Below, piece by piece: positions 10,571-19,461 of a stretch of DNA of 57,193 bases. Made by a program: the position numbers and the translations under genes. Below the pieces are notes generated by a model. That model had not been told where the DNA came from, did not search any database, and was given only the letters and a program-made list of their open reading frames with translations. Positions within the stretch are counted from its first letter, which is position 1. Every line of letters starts with the position of its first letter. Source of the stretch: Clostridia bacterium (GTDB lineage: Bacteria > Bacillota > Clostridia > Christensenellales > UBA1242); assembly GCA_017467895.1 (NCBI GenBank), contig JAFUKB010000010.1, positions 1-57,193 on the forward strand. Direction: 5' to 3'.

Positions 10571-11256
10571 ACAGCCAAAAAGAATAGTTGATTTAAACGA
10601 TTGTGGCGTGAGGCGTCATCAATCGTTTTTTCTGTTATAACTTGGTTTGCTTTTATGATAATTTCATTATTAATACCAAACAAGGTGTCTTTTGCAATTT
10701 TTCCAAGCAAACTGCTTGGGTTATATTGAAGCCTGCTTGGTGCAAAATCTGACTTTGGCATGCTTTTTTCAAACTGCAAAACATTAACCTGAATTTCGGC
10801 AGGAGTTGTTGCTTTTTGTTTTGGTCGATAATTTTTTGCTTTAAATGCTTGCGTTGAATAATATAAAAAACTCTTTCTAAAATAAAGGTTGGTTGGTGCT
10901 AGTTTTTGGTTGGTGTCGGTTAAAAAATGTTCAATCTTGCCTGAATTATTGATAACGCAGTCAATAATTTTGCCATAATGCTTGGCGTCTTGGTCAATAA
11001 CCGGCTTAAATAATGGCGAGTTTGCAGGTTTGCCCAAAAAGAATTTTAATTTGCTTTTGTTTGCAATAATCACACAATCGTTAATGGCTTTAACATTCGA
11101 AAATTTTATTTCAAATTCCATTTCGTCAGCATCAGATATTTTTAGACTAACAATTTTGCTAAAATCTGCGTTATATATTGCCTCAACAACAGTTCCAACA
11201 ATTTCGCCTTCGTAAATTGCAAACACCTGTTTGCCAAACAAATTTGTTAAATTCAT
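10567..11256 (-). CDS. PRC-barrel domain protein
   Basis: Two PRC-like units (LFGKQVFAIYEGEIVGTV; KPVIDQDAKHYGKIIDC) and C-terminal LLGKIAKD...IIKANQVIT. Confidence 0.65.
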   Translation of the reverse strand: MNLTNLFGKQVFAIYEGEIVGTVVEAIYNADFSKIVSLKISDADEMEFEIKFSNVKAINDCVIIANKSKLKFFLGKPANSPLFKPVIDQDAKHYGKIIDCVINNSGKIEHFLTDTNQKLAPTNLYFRKSFLYYSTQAFKAKNYRPKQKATTPAEIQVNVLQFEKSMPKSDFAPSRLQYNPSSLLGKIAKDTLFGINNEIIIKANQVITEKTIDDASRHNRLNQLFFLAV

Positions 11257-11314
11257 GCTTGCTCCCTTAAACTAAAATTGGTTGTTAAAGGAATGCCAGC
11301 CCTTTAACTTAAGC

Positions 11315-11365
11315 AGAAAAAGAAAAACCTCTTTAACTACAATATATTTATATTTGTTAAAGAGG
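11315..11365 (-). terminator. Intrinsic terminator after pdp
   Basis: Stem cctctttaac/gttaaagagg followed by a T-rich tail on the minus strand. Confidence 0.55.
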
Positions 11366-11411
11366 AAATATATTATTAAATAAAATGTCGAAATTAAAGA
11401 GAGAAATGTTT

Positions 11412-12650
11412 TTAAACAATTTTGTAGCAGGCTTCAAACAAAGGAGCAAATTCTTTGGCTTGTTCTTTATTTTTTGCAAAAATTTCAAACAAAACATCGC
11501 CAACATGAATCTCTTCTCCAAGTTTGTGGAATGTTTTAACACCAACCTTGTAATCAATTATATCGGTTAATTTTTGGCGAGTTGCACCTAACTTTCCAAC
11601 CAAAGATCCAAGTTCGCTACAGTTGATTTTTTTAAGAACTCCGTTTTGTTGTGCCTTAACAACAAAAGTTGGCTTCATGCCAAGCCCTTTAAACAAAGAC
11701 AAACTTCCGCCTTGTGCTTTAATCATGCTTTTAAATTTGCTTAAAGCCTTACCACTGTCTACTGCCTCAATTGCTAATGTTAAAGCATGTTGTTCTGTTA
11801 TGCCTTTGCCAAGCGCAATGCATTTTGAGGCTAGTTTAAGGGTTTCGTTTCTTAGTTTGCCTTGCTTGCCAGACAAAAGTTCAATGGCCTCATATGCTTC
11901 AAGGCGGTTGCCAATGTTATAGCCAAGAGGTTCGTTCATGTCACCAATTACATAGTCCATTTTTTTGCCCGCTTTAGCACCAATTTTAACCATTAATTTA
12001 GCAAGTTCCTCGGCAGATTTTTTTGTTTTCATAAATGCACCATCGCCATATTTTACATCAAGAACAATGGCACTTGCTCCGCTTGCCAACTTTTTGCTCA
12101 TAATGCTGGACGCAATAAGCGGTAGGCTGGCCACGGTTGCTGTTGTGTCACGCAAGGCATAAAGTTTTTTGTCTGCAGGTGCAAGGTTTGCTGTTGCAGA
12201 AATAACGCATGCCCCGTTTTGTTCAACTAGTTGTTTTGCGTCATTAATGGCAAGCGCAACATTAAAACCATCAAAAGCCTCTAACTTGTCTATTGTTCCG
12301 CCAGTAAAGCCAAGTCCGCGTCCGCTTAATTTTAACATTTTTATGCCACAGCAAGCGCAAATTGGTGCAAGAGCAAGTGTAGTTGTGTCGCTTATTCCTC
12401 CAGTTGAGTGCTTGTCCACCACCATGCCAAGGTCGGTTAAATCAATAATGTCGCCAGAGTGTAACATTGCATTGGTTAATGCAAAGGTTTCGGCTTCATT
12501 CATGCCCAAAATTTTTATTGCCATAAGAAGGGCACTTGCTTGATAGTCAGTTATTTGTCCGTTTGTGTAGCCATTAACAAAAAACTCAATTTCTTCTTTG
12601 GTTAATGGCTTGTTGTTAGATTTTTTTTCAATAATTTTTTTAATATCCAT
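11412..12650 (-). CDS. pdp: Pyrimidine-nucleoside (thymidine) phosphorylase
   Basis: Motifs DKHSTGG, SGRGLGFTGGTIDKLE, APADKKLYALRD, SSIMSKKLA and LDVKYGDGAFMK. Confidence 0.95.
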   Translation of the reverse strand: MDIKKIIEKKSNNKPLTKEEIEFFVNGYTNGQITDYQASALLMAIKILGMNEAETFALTNAMLHSGDIIDLTDLGMVVDKHSTGGISDTTTLALAPICACCGIKMLKLSGRGLGFTGGTIDKLEAFDGFNVALAINDAKQLVEQNGACVISATANLAPADKKLYALRDTTATVASLPLIASSIMSKKLASGASAIVLDVKYGDGAFMKTKKSAEELAKLMVKIGAKAGKKMDYVIGDMNEPLGYNIGNRLEAYEAIELLSGKQGKLRNETLKLASKCIALGKGITEQHALTLAIEAVDSGKALSKFKSMIKAQGGSLSLFKGLGMKPTFVVKAQQNGVLKKINCSELGSLVGKLGATRQKLTDIIDYKVGVKTFHKLGEEIHVGDVLFEIFAKNKEQAKEFAPLFEACYKIV

Positions 12651-12656
12651 GTAAAT

Positions 12657-12685
12657 ATAATATTAAAAAAAACTTTTTTAGTCAA
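12657..12685 (-). promoter_or_regulatory. SigA promoter of pdp (leaderless geometry)
   Basis: TTGACT-17-TATTAT, then 6 nt to ATG; no SD. Confidence 0.65.
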
Positions 12686-13520
12686 TGTCATAAATAATAT
12701 TATCTTTAATATCAAATTTTATTTTGCAAATTTCTGAGCATGAAGATAAATAAAGTCGGTTGTCTATCTCTAATAAATTGTTAAATTGTGAAAAATAAGA
12801 TTTTATGTTATCAAAATCAATGTGCTCCGAAATATACTCTTGTGCTTGTGAAAAATCACACTTGCAAAGGTGAAAAAACACGAACGGCAAAGTATATGAA
12901 TCGACAATACACATGTTGTTATTTTGATATTTTTTAATGTCGACAGAATTTTTTAAAAGGTCAAAAGAGTATAACAAAAAATAAGTGTTGTTTTTGGGAG
13001 TTTTGCATAAAACCTCAATAATTTGCTCGTTTTTTAACATTTTTTGGCATTTTTTTAAATAAAATGACTTATTTTTAAAATTAAACTCAAGCAAATTGTC
13101 TTGATTAAAAATATAAATTTTGTCGTTTTCTTCAATAACATAATTTTCGTTTTGACAAGAAAAATAATAGCAATAAAACTTGCCATCATGAAGCACATAT
13201 AAATAAGTGTTAAAAATATATATTTTTGCGCACTTAGTTTCATGCACTTGCAGAGGCATGGTTAAGTTGGTGTGAATTATCTCAATAAACAAATCATTGT
13301 CTATTTTGATTGTTTTTATATTGTTAAAATCTTGGTTAATTTTTGTGTTGATAAGATTAAGTATGCAAGGTTGTTGCAGAGTTGAGTTTTGTGAATATAA
13401 AGTTAAAGTGCTTTGGTCAACCTCTTCTAATTTTGCAACACAGTGCTTGTTTATAAAAAGGTTGTCGCCAGAGTTATTTATAATAAGGTCATTTTGAGAA
13501 AAAACATAAATGTTGTTCAT
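12678..13520 (-). CDS. Hypothetical protein (very AT-rich)
   Basis: 280-aa ORF; no motif recognised. Confidence 0.6.
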   Translation of the reverse strand: MNNIYVFSQNDLIINNSGDNLFINKHCVAKLEEVDQSTLTLYSQNSTLQQPCILNLINTKINQDFNNIKTIKIDNDLFIEIIHTNLTMPLQVHETKCAKIYIFNTYLYVLHDGKFYCYYFSCQNENYVIEENDKIYIFNQDNLLEFNFKNKSFYLKKCQKMLKNEQIIEVLCKTPKNNTYFLLYSFDLLKNSVDIKKYQNNNMCIVDSYTLPFVFFHLCKCDFSQAQEYISEHIDFDNIKSYFSQFNNLLEIDNRLYLSSCSEICKIKFDIKDNIIYDID

Positions 13521-13618
13521 AAGGTATTTTACTTGGCTTAAATAAAAAATATGTTACAAAAATGTATGTTAATAACTTTTTTGGTCAATACTCTTTTGTG
13601 TGTTAAAAGGGGATTAAA

Positions 13619-14410
13619 ATGGACAATCAATTTGTATGGAGCGATGAAGAAGTTAAAACATTGTTTAAATTTATTGAAATAAAGAAGCAGGAGGGTGTTC
13701 CTCTTGTTAAAGCATTTGCTCAGTATGCAACCAAAACGCTAAGACATGCAAATAGCGTGCGAAATTATTATTATAAGGAATTGGCTAGTATGTTAAATGA
13801 CCCGTCAAGGGCTAAAAAACTTGAAATTAATTTAAGCAATCATTCGGTAACAAAAAGCCGACCATTTTCAAAAGAAGAAGAAACAGAAATGGTTGAAAAA
13901 ATTGATAGTTTAAAAGAACAAGGCTACTCGGTTAGACGCGCATGCCTGCAACTAGCAAATGGAGATGTTTCTGATATGATTCGATTGCAAAATAAATATA
14001 GGTCAATTATAAAAGCAAAAGAACAGCCAAAAAGTATGGGACAAATTATAAAAATGCCGGTAAAACCAGAAAGAATAACTGATGATGAACTAAAGGCTCT
14101 TTTTTTAGGGCTGGTTAGACTTGTAAAGAAACAAGAGGTTGAAAGCGCTAGGGCGCTAGTGGAAAACGAACTTTTTGACGCTAACCAAAAACTGAAAAAT
14201 GCAATGGAAGAACTGGCAATAAAACATAATTATGTGGAAAAACTAAAAAGTGAACTGTTGATGGTTAAGCAGGAATTAAAGGCAGAAAAAGAAAAATTAA
14301 ATAAACTTAACCCATTGTTAATAAAAAAACAAACGGCAGATAATGTGCTAAAAAATTATTTTGATGGTCAAAAATCATTGAAAACACAGGGGATTAGTGT
14401 CAAGAAATAG
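13619..14410 (+). CDS. RsfA-like Myb/SANT transcription regulator with C-terminal coiled coil
   Basis: WSDEE...LVKAF...LRHANSVRNYYY, second repeat FSKEE, coiled-coil tail; SigF-like promoter GTATG-N14-GGTCAATACT upstream. Confidence 0.55.
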   Translation: MDNQFVWSDEEVKTLFKFIEIKKQEGVPLVKAFAQYATKTLRHANSVRNYYYKELASMLNDPSRAKKLEINLSNHSVTKSRPFSKEEETEMVEKIDSLKEQGYSVRRACLQLANGDVSDMIRLQNKYRSIIKAKEQPKSMGQIIKMPVKPERITDDELKALFLGLVRLVKKQEVESARALVENELFDANQKLKNAMEELAIKHNYVEKLKSELLMVKQELKAEKEKLNKLNPLLIKKQTADNVLKNYFDGQKSLKTQGISVKK

Positions 14411-14472
14411 TCTTGACAAAAAACATAAAATGTTTTAGCATATAACTAGATTTATAGCATTGGTTATAGGAG

Positions 14473-15249
14473 ATGATTATGAATTTAGAATATGCAAAAA
14501 AACTTAAGGAATATTTTCCACAAATATACAAAACTTATTTGCAAAAATTTTTAAGCCCAGACCAAGTTAATCAAATTTTTGCTGACCCAAATGTTGCAAA
14601 CGCTTTTAATAATGTTTTAAACTTGGTTTACAACGGTGCAACCTTTGGCAATAAGTTTGATAATCAAATAAAACAAGCCCTGTTGCAATATGAGCAAGCA
14701 GTTAACACGGCATTTGGTTTTACAGATGAATATTTAAGGCAGTTTTTACACATTTATAGGTTTTATGCTTCAAGCACATATACTGGCATTGTTGCTACTG
14801 ATGGCACATATGTTGCACAAAACGAAGCAGATTATTTTTCGAAACTCTCATATGTTTGCTGTGAGGCATGTGAAAACTTGTTTACTGATTTAAAAAATGG
14901 CAATCGTTGGTGGGAACTTGATACACCAACAACACTTCGTCGTCAGTTAATGAATGACCGTTTGGTTATACCTGTTGAAAGGTTGCAAAAACTTTGCAGG
15001 GCATATTTAGGCAGAGAAATTGATTTAGAAAAAGAACTTCATTTAAACGAAGGAAAAACAACACCTCCTCTTGATTTGGTTTCTGAACTTGACAGAAAAA
15101 TGGCAAAAAAAGGCATGTCGTTGGTTTGTGCTTGGGTTGAAGAAATAAACGGCAAACGCCAAATGGTAGAAAGTCCAACTCCACCAACTGACAATCGTTA
15201 TTACTTAAAACGCTATGTCCCAACAAGAGATTCTTCAAGGCAAGGTTAA
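14473..15249 (+). CDS. Orphan hypothetical protein
   Basis: 258-aa ORF with RBS AGGAG, promoter TTGACA-17-TAGCAT and own terminator. Confidence 0.75.
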   Translation: MIMNLEYAKKLKEYFPQIYKTYLQKFLSPDQVNQIFADPNVANAFNNVLNLVYNGATFGNKFDNQIKQALLQYEQAVNTAFGFTDEYLRQFLHIYRFYASSTYTGIVATDGTYVAQNEADYFSKLSYVCCEACENLFTDLKNGNRWWELDTPTTLRRQLMNDRLVIPVERLQKLCRAYLGREIDLEKELHLNEGKTTPPLDLVSELDRKMAKKGMSLVCAWVEEINGKRQMVESPTPPTDNRYYLKRYVPTRDSSRQG

Positions 15250-15267
15250 TAAATATTTAAAATAATT

Positions 15268-15312
15268 TAAACAAAAAACCGTAACTATGCAAAAGTTGCG
15301 GTTTTTTGTTTA
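15268..15312. terminator. Bidirectional intrinsic terminator
   Basis: aaacaaaaaaccgtaact/agttgcggttttttgttt between convergent genes. Confidence 0.75.
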
Positions 15313-15319
15313 AAAGTTT

Positions 15320-16252
15320 CTACATTTGCTTTGATATAGTAGAATGTTTAATTCTTGGCTTGATTATTATCCAAGCAGTATCTTTTATTTGTGCTCCGTG
15401 ACTGTATCGGAGTATTTCTTTTGTGGTTATTTTATGTTTTCCTAAATGAGATGGTGCAAATGATGAACCCCTATCAAAATCATAATTCGCAACAATTTTG
15501 CCATTTGGATTTAGATTTCTTTCATAAAGCATGTCAACAATTTTAGAAAAAGAGTGCCTGTTGTGTGCGTAATAATCGTAAATGTTAGATAGATATATAA
15601 AATCATATTTGCATTTTAAAACAGTGGGGAATTTGCTAAATTCTGCTGTTATAAATTGTATTGTAATGTTACCTTGGTTTAAAAGTTGTTGCAACATATT
15701 GTATGTTTTTTCATTTCTATAAAATTTGCTGTGCCTGTCATTGTGGTCAATCATAAGCATTTTGTCTTTTATTGCTCTTGCATTAAAACTGCTTGAGTAT
15801 GAGTCTGTGTCAAGGTCTAGCATTAAAGTGTCCCAAAACTGTTTAACTTGAGGACTTAAAAGGTGTGATATTTTTGCATAAATATGCCATTCAAAAAAGT
15901 CATGTTTTATAAAAATTTCATTAAATGTTTTAAAATCGAATATTTTAATTACTGCTAGTTTATATTCAATAAAATATCTAGCAAAAATGTTTGCGTCAAT
16001 AATTGTAATATCTTTGCTACCACGCAAAATTGCATTTATTGCTTGGTCGCCACTTGAGCCTACAGTTAATACTTTTTTGTTAGATAAATTTAATCTTGCA
16101 AAAACTTTTGCTAATTGCTCGTTGCTTATTGCAAAGGCTTTGCCTGTGGTGTAGTTAAAACAATCGTCATAAATCTCTGGCATAAAAAGTTTTTCATATG
16201 CCATATCGTAGTCAGTATTGTTTAAAAATTCAGTGTCTGCTTCGTTAATCAT
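15320..16252 (-). CDS. DUF3419/BtaA-like SAM-dependent transferase
   Basis: VLTVGSSGDQ...IIDAN...EYKLA and YDFIYLSNIYDY motifs typical of this class I SAM-binding family. Confidence 0.7.
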   Translation of the reverse strand: MINEADTEFLNNTDYDMAYEKLFMPEIYDDCFNYTTGKAFAISNEQLAKVFARLNLSNKKVLTVGSSGDQAINAILRGSKDITIIDANIFARYFIEYKLAVIKIFDFKTFNEIFIKHDFFEWHIYAKISHLLSPQVKQFWDTLMLDLDTDSYSSSFNARAIKDKMLMIDHNDRHSKFYRNEKTYNMLQQLLNQGNITIQFITAEFSKFPTVLKCKYDFIYLSNIYDYYAHNRHSFSKIVDMLYERNLNPNGKIVANYDFDRGSSFAPSHLGKHKITTKEILRYSHGAQIKDTAWIIIKPRIKHSTISKQM

Positions 16253-16549
16253 GGGACTCCTAAATTATTTTTTTATTTAAAGCCAAGAGATTGAGATTAT
16301 AGATGATACATGGAAATCTTTATTTTGCGCTTAGCACAAACTTATTCCACTCTTTTACTAACAAAATTTTATCATAAATATTTTATATTTTCAATATGTA
16401 CTTTTTTTAAAAATAAGGAAAAAATGGATAATAACGATTGACCGGAAAATGTAAATTGTATAATATTAAAATATATACTCAAAATGGGTATGTATAATAA
16501 AATTAAGTGAACAATAACCCACAAGGCTTTGGCGTGAACCCGCAACGCC

Positions 16550-16887
16550 CAAAATAACCAGCAACGGTTAAGACAGCATGATGGGTAAGTTAAAACAAAT
16601 TTAAGACACACATAAAAATTTGCACACAAAACTAATTATGCCCATCAAAAAAAGAAGCCAAAATGTGGTCAAGCAAAAAAGTTTTTGTAATTGTTAAAAA
16701 TTGTTTGACAACTTCGCGGGGGGGGGTACACTTAAATAGAAAAATAAAAATAGGAGAATAACATGAAAAACAAATTTGGATTGTGGTTCAACATTGTAAC
16801 CATCTGCCTATGCGTGTGCGCAATAGCCATAGGTGTTTACTCAGCAACCACAGCAAACCTAAACGCCAGTGGTAAACTAGGCTTTAC
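16550..16887 (+). repeat. Shared upstream and 5' coding block of the paralogous cassettes, copy 1
   Basis: Aligns with ~24520-24858; the first 125 coding nt differ at 6 positions. Confidence 0.9.
16705..16732 (+). promoter_or_regulatory. SigA promoter with poly-G9 spacer tract (putative phase-variable)
   Basis: TTGACA (16705-10), acttcgc, G9 (16718-26), TACACT (16727-32); spacer 16 bp. Confidence 0.85.
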
Positions 16888-18199
16888 AGCCCATGGCTGT
16901 GATGTTGATGTAAGTGGCACAATAGTAGGCCACGCAGCAGGTAACACCGCAGATGGCTTGCCAGTAACCGCGCCAGAGAGTTTGGGGGCAACAGTAGAGG
17001 TGCGTAGTGATACAAAAACACTCGACTTAGGCTCACGCTACTTTACAGACATGGCATCAACCGATGGCAGTGCAGAAGATATTGTTGTTACACTCACAGT
17101 AACAAATAAATCAAAATTTGATATAACTGCCGAGATAACTGGTACAACAGTTGCAGAAAATACAGCAATATCAATAACTGCGACACCAGAAAGCCAAATA
17201 ATTGCACAAAACGAAAGTGCAACGGTAACAATTACATTAACGCTAACCAGCACGGCAAGTAACATTGCAATGCCAAGCGCAGATAATGTAAGCATTGATA
17301 TGGAGTTTAATAAGTTTGTAGAAGAAGAATTTCCATTTTATGTAATATCAGAAGCAAATACTGACGAAAAGTTTAACTACTACGGGTATTTAGCAACAAC
17401 GATGGGGCATGCAGTAGAAGAATGTGATAGAACAACCTCGGATCTAGAATGGATTGCATTTGCAGTTCGTGGCACAGGAACCGAGGAAACAGGATTTACA
17501 ACAAAACCAGACTTTATTTCTACACATGAAGCAGAAAACCTAGAAGATGGGGAACAAGTTTATAGTCTGTCAATCACGGGAGCAACCCCTGCAGAAACAT
17601 GGTATAGTCTAAACGGCGTAGATATGACCAATGTAGACTACTCAGGCTATACTTTCTGGTTTATACAACGCTATACAACTATAGGATATTATAGTTTTAA
17701 TGATGACTGGACTGAATATGCTGAGGGCACTCCATTTAACCACTCAGCCGATTTAATGAATAATTATCAAGGAAGTGACATGCAGCAACTCTTGTCAGAA
17801 ACAAGCATGTATATATCGATGACAGGTATAGCAGATTCATATGTTTACGACAGGGCAAAAGCAAGAACAGTAAACGAAACAGATGCGGGGTTAAGTTATG
17901 GTAGTGGCTCTCAAGTGACAACATTTACATCAAAACTATGGCTATTGAATCAAAAAGAATTAGGCTTGTTGAACGGGGACGAAACAATTTATGATAATAC
18001 ATACTCAGAACCAGTAAAGGCATACGGTATAGGGAATGCTACTGGCGATGCCGATGGTAATGGGGCTTTTTGGTGGTTGCGTTCGCCTGACCAAAATATC
18101 GCTCACTATGTGCACTATGTGTACCACGGTGGTTATTTGGGTTCGACCTCTGTGGATGGCAACGGTGGCTTTCGCGCGGCTTTCCAAATAACAATTTAA
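16763..18199 (+). CDS. Exported/surface protein with C-terminal DUF6273/CLec-like (DGR-target-type) domain
   Basis: N-terminal hydrophobic signal ending AIGVYSA and a Thr-rich beta module; then YQGSDM...KLWLLNQKE...WWLRSP...GFRAAFQITI. Confidence 0.8.
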   Translation: MKNKFGLWFNIVTICLCVCAIAIGVYSATTANLNASGKLGFTAHGCDVDVSGTIVGHAAGNTADGLPVTAPESLGATVEVRSDTKTLDLGSRYFTDMASTDGSAEDIVVTLTVTNKSKFDITAEITGTTVAENTAISITATPESQIIAQNESATVTITLTLTSTASNIAMPSADNVSIDMEFNKFVEEEFPFYVISEANTDEKFNYYGYLATTMGHAVEECDRTTSDLEWIAFAVRGTGTEETGFTTKPDFISTHEAENLEDGEQVYSLSITGATPAETWYSLNGVDMTNVDYSGYTFWFIQRYTTIGYYSFNDDWTEYAEGTPFNHSADLMNNYQGSDMQQLLSETSMYISMTGIADSYVYDRAKARTVNETDAGLSYGSGSQVTTFTSKLWLLNQKELGLLNGDETIYDNTYSEPVKAYGIGNATGDADGNGAFWWLRSPDQNIAHYVHYVYHGGYLGSTSVDGNGGFRAAFQITI

Positions 18200-18217
18200 A
18201 ACAAATATAATGATGAG

Positions 18218-18261
18218 TAAGAAAACACTCGTTGCATGCGCGTTATTCTTGCATTCTTAAA
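18218..18261 (-). repeat. 44-bp dispersed intergenic repeat, copy 2
   Basis: Inverted copy of 8618-8661 (5 mismatches). Confidence 0.8.
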
Positions 18262-18262
18262 T

Positions 18263-18302
18263 AAAAACCAAGACTTTTTAAAATTTAAGTCTTGGTTTTT
18301 TT
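18263..18302. terminator. Intrinsic terminator (bidirectional)
   Basis: 14-bp inverted repeat aaaaaccaagactt/aagtcttggttttt. Confidence 0.8.
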
Positions 18303-18335
18303 GTTCTATCATATTTCAAATAAATATTTATCAAT

Positions 18336-18561
18336 TAAAAGAAAAAACACGGGCAAAAGGCGAAGAAAAGTGCTTGCAATTTTCAAGCCCCAAAGCCCGA
18401 TGAAAAAGATATAATAATCATATTTCTTCGGAGAGGGGGCTTCGCAAGAGAGTACCGACCGAGTTGAGAGAAAACGAAACTCGCGTATGGTCGGTAAAAG
18501 AAAAAACACGGGCAAAAGGCGAAGAAAAGTGCTTGCAATTTTCAAGCCCCAAAGCCCGATG
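18336..18561. repeat. Perfect 67-bp direct repeat pair (18336-18402 and 18495-18561) with a 92-bp structured spacer
   Basis: taaaagaaaaaacacgggc...caaagcccgatg is identical in both copies; lies 9 nt from the tRNA 3' end. Confidence 0.92.
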
Positions 18562-18570
18562 TTTTTTCTG

Positions 18571-18658
18571 TGGTGCGACTAACAAGACTCGAACTTGCAC
18601 GAGCATTAAAGCCACAAGCGTCTGAAACTTGCGCGTCTACCAATTCCGCCATAGTCGC
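18571..18658 (-). tRNA. tRNA-Leu (CAG)
   Basis: 88-nt cloverleaf GCGACTA...TAGTCGC-ACCA; anticodon loop TTCAGAC, long variable arm, T-loop TTCGAGT; promoter TTGCGT-17-TACAAT. Confidence 0.97.
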
Positions 18659-18712
18659 ATATATGGCATATTGTAGTATATTTTTTTTAAAAACGCAAGT
18701 GTGTTTTGCTTG

Positions 18713-19279
18713 TTAGCGTCTATAGTTGTTTAATAAATTTTTAATAAGTGTAAGTTCTGCAGTGTTTTTAATTATTTGTTCGTTTATTTGTTGCTTTAAT
18801 TTTGGGCAAATGTCATAGCCTAGAGCATTTTTTGCCAAATTAATTCCGCCTTCATGGTGATATATTAATGCTTGCAAATATAAAGCGTTTAGGTTATTGT
18901 TTGCCGAAATTGAATTTAGTTTTGTAATCATGTTGGTGATAATCTCAATGGCTTTGCGCTGATACAGGTTTACATCGCGCTCGCTGTTCGTATGGCATGT
19001 ACATTCGTCTATAATTGACCTTAAATATTCCATTGAGGCATTTTGATTTTCAATAATTGCTTTTGCGAGGGTTTCAATATCTACATCTGTTGTATATTTT
19101 AAAATGTTTTCACTTAAACTTATTGCTCCCTCTTTATGAGGAAGAATTTGCTGTATGTAGGTTTGCGAAATGCTGTTGCAGGGTTCAATGGCAAACATTT
19201 GGTTCTTCATGTTGTCAACAATTTGATAATATAAATCTAAATATTCTTTGCTATTGTCACTAAGTTTTTTTATTAACAT
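18713..19279 (-). CDS. DUF305 (ferritin-like) domain protein
   Basis: Twin motifs PHKEGAI...LAKAIIENQ and YHHEGGINLAK. Confidence 0.75.
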   Translation of the reverse strand: MLIKKLSDNSKEYLDLYYQIVDNMKNQMFAIEPCNSISQTYIQQILPHKEGAISLSENILKYTTDVDIETLAKAIIENQNASMEYLRSIIDECTCHTNSERDVNLYQRKAIEIITNMITKLNSISANNNLNALYLQALIYHHEGGINLAKNALGYDICPKLKQQINEQIIKNTAELTLIKNLLNNYRR

Positions 19280-19461
19280 AAAATATCCTCCATTTTGATT
19301 ATTATGCTGGTTGAATGTTTTTTGTTAATTTAAAATTGTTTTTTGAAATTATATTTGTTTAAAATGTAATTATTATATTTTTTTGTAAGTAAGTTTTGTA
19401 AGTGATTGAAAGGTTGCAAATTGTTATTTTAATTTGCTATAATTATTAAAAAAGGTTGGTT

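Noticed and set aside
16372-16629. 85-aa minus-strand ORF upstream of cassette 1
   Set aside because: No counterpart in the homologous region upstream of cassette 2, no RBS, and it overlaps promoter sequence.
18336-18561. CRISPR array or attL/attR
   Set aside because: Only two 67-bp units with a 92-bp spacer, no cas genes, and the unit does not duplicate the tRNA 3' end.
18309-18615. Short minus-strand ORFs with repeated KIASTFLRLLPVFFLL
   Set aside because: By-products of the direct repeat and the overlapping tRNA; no RBS.
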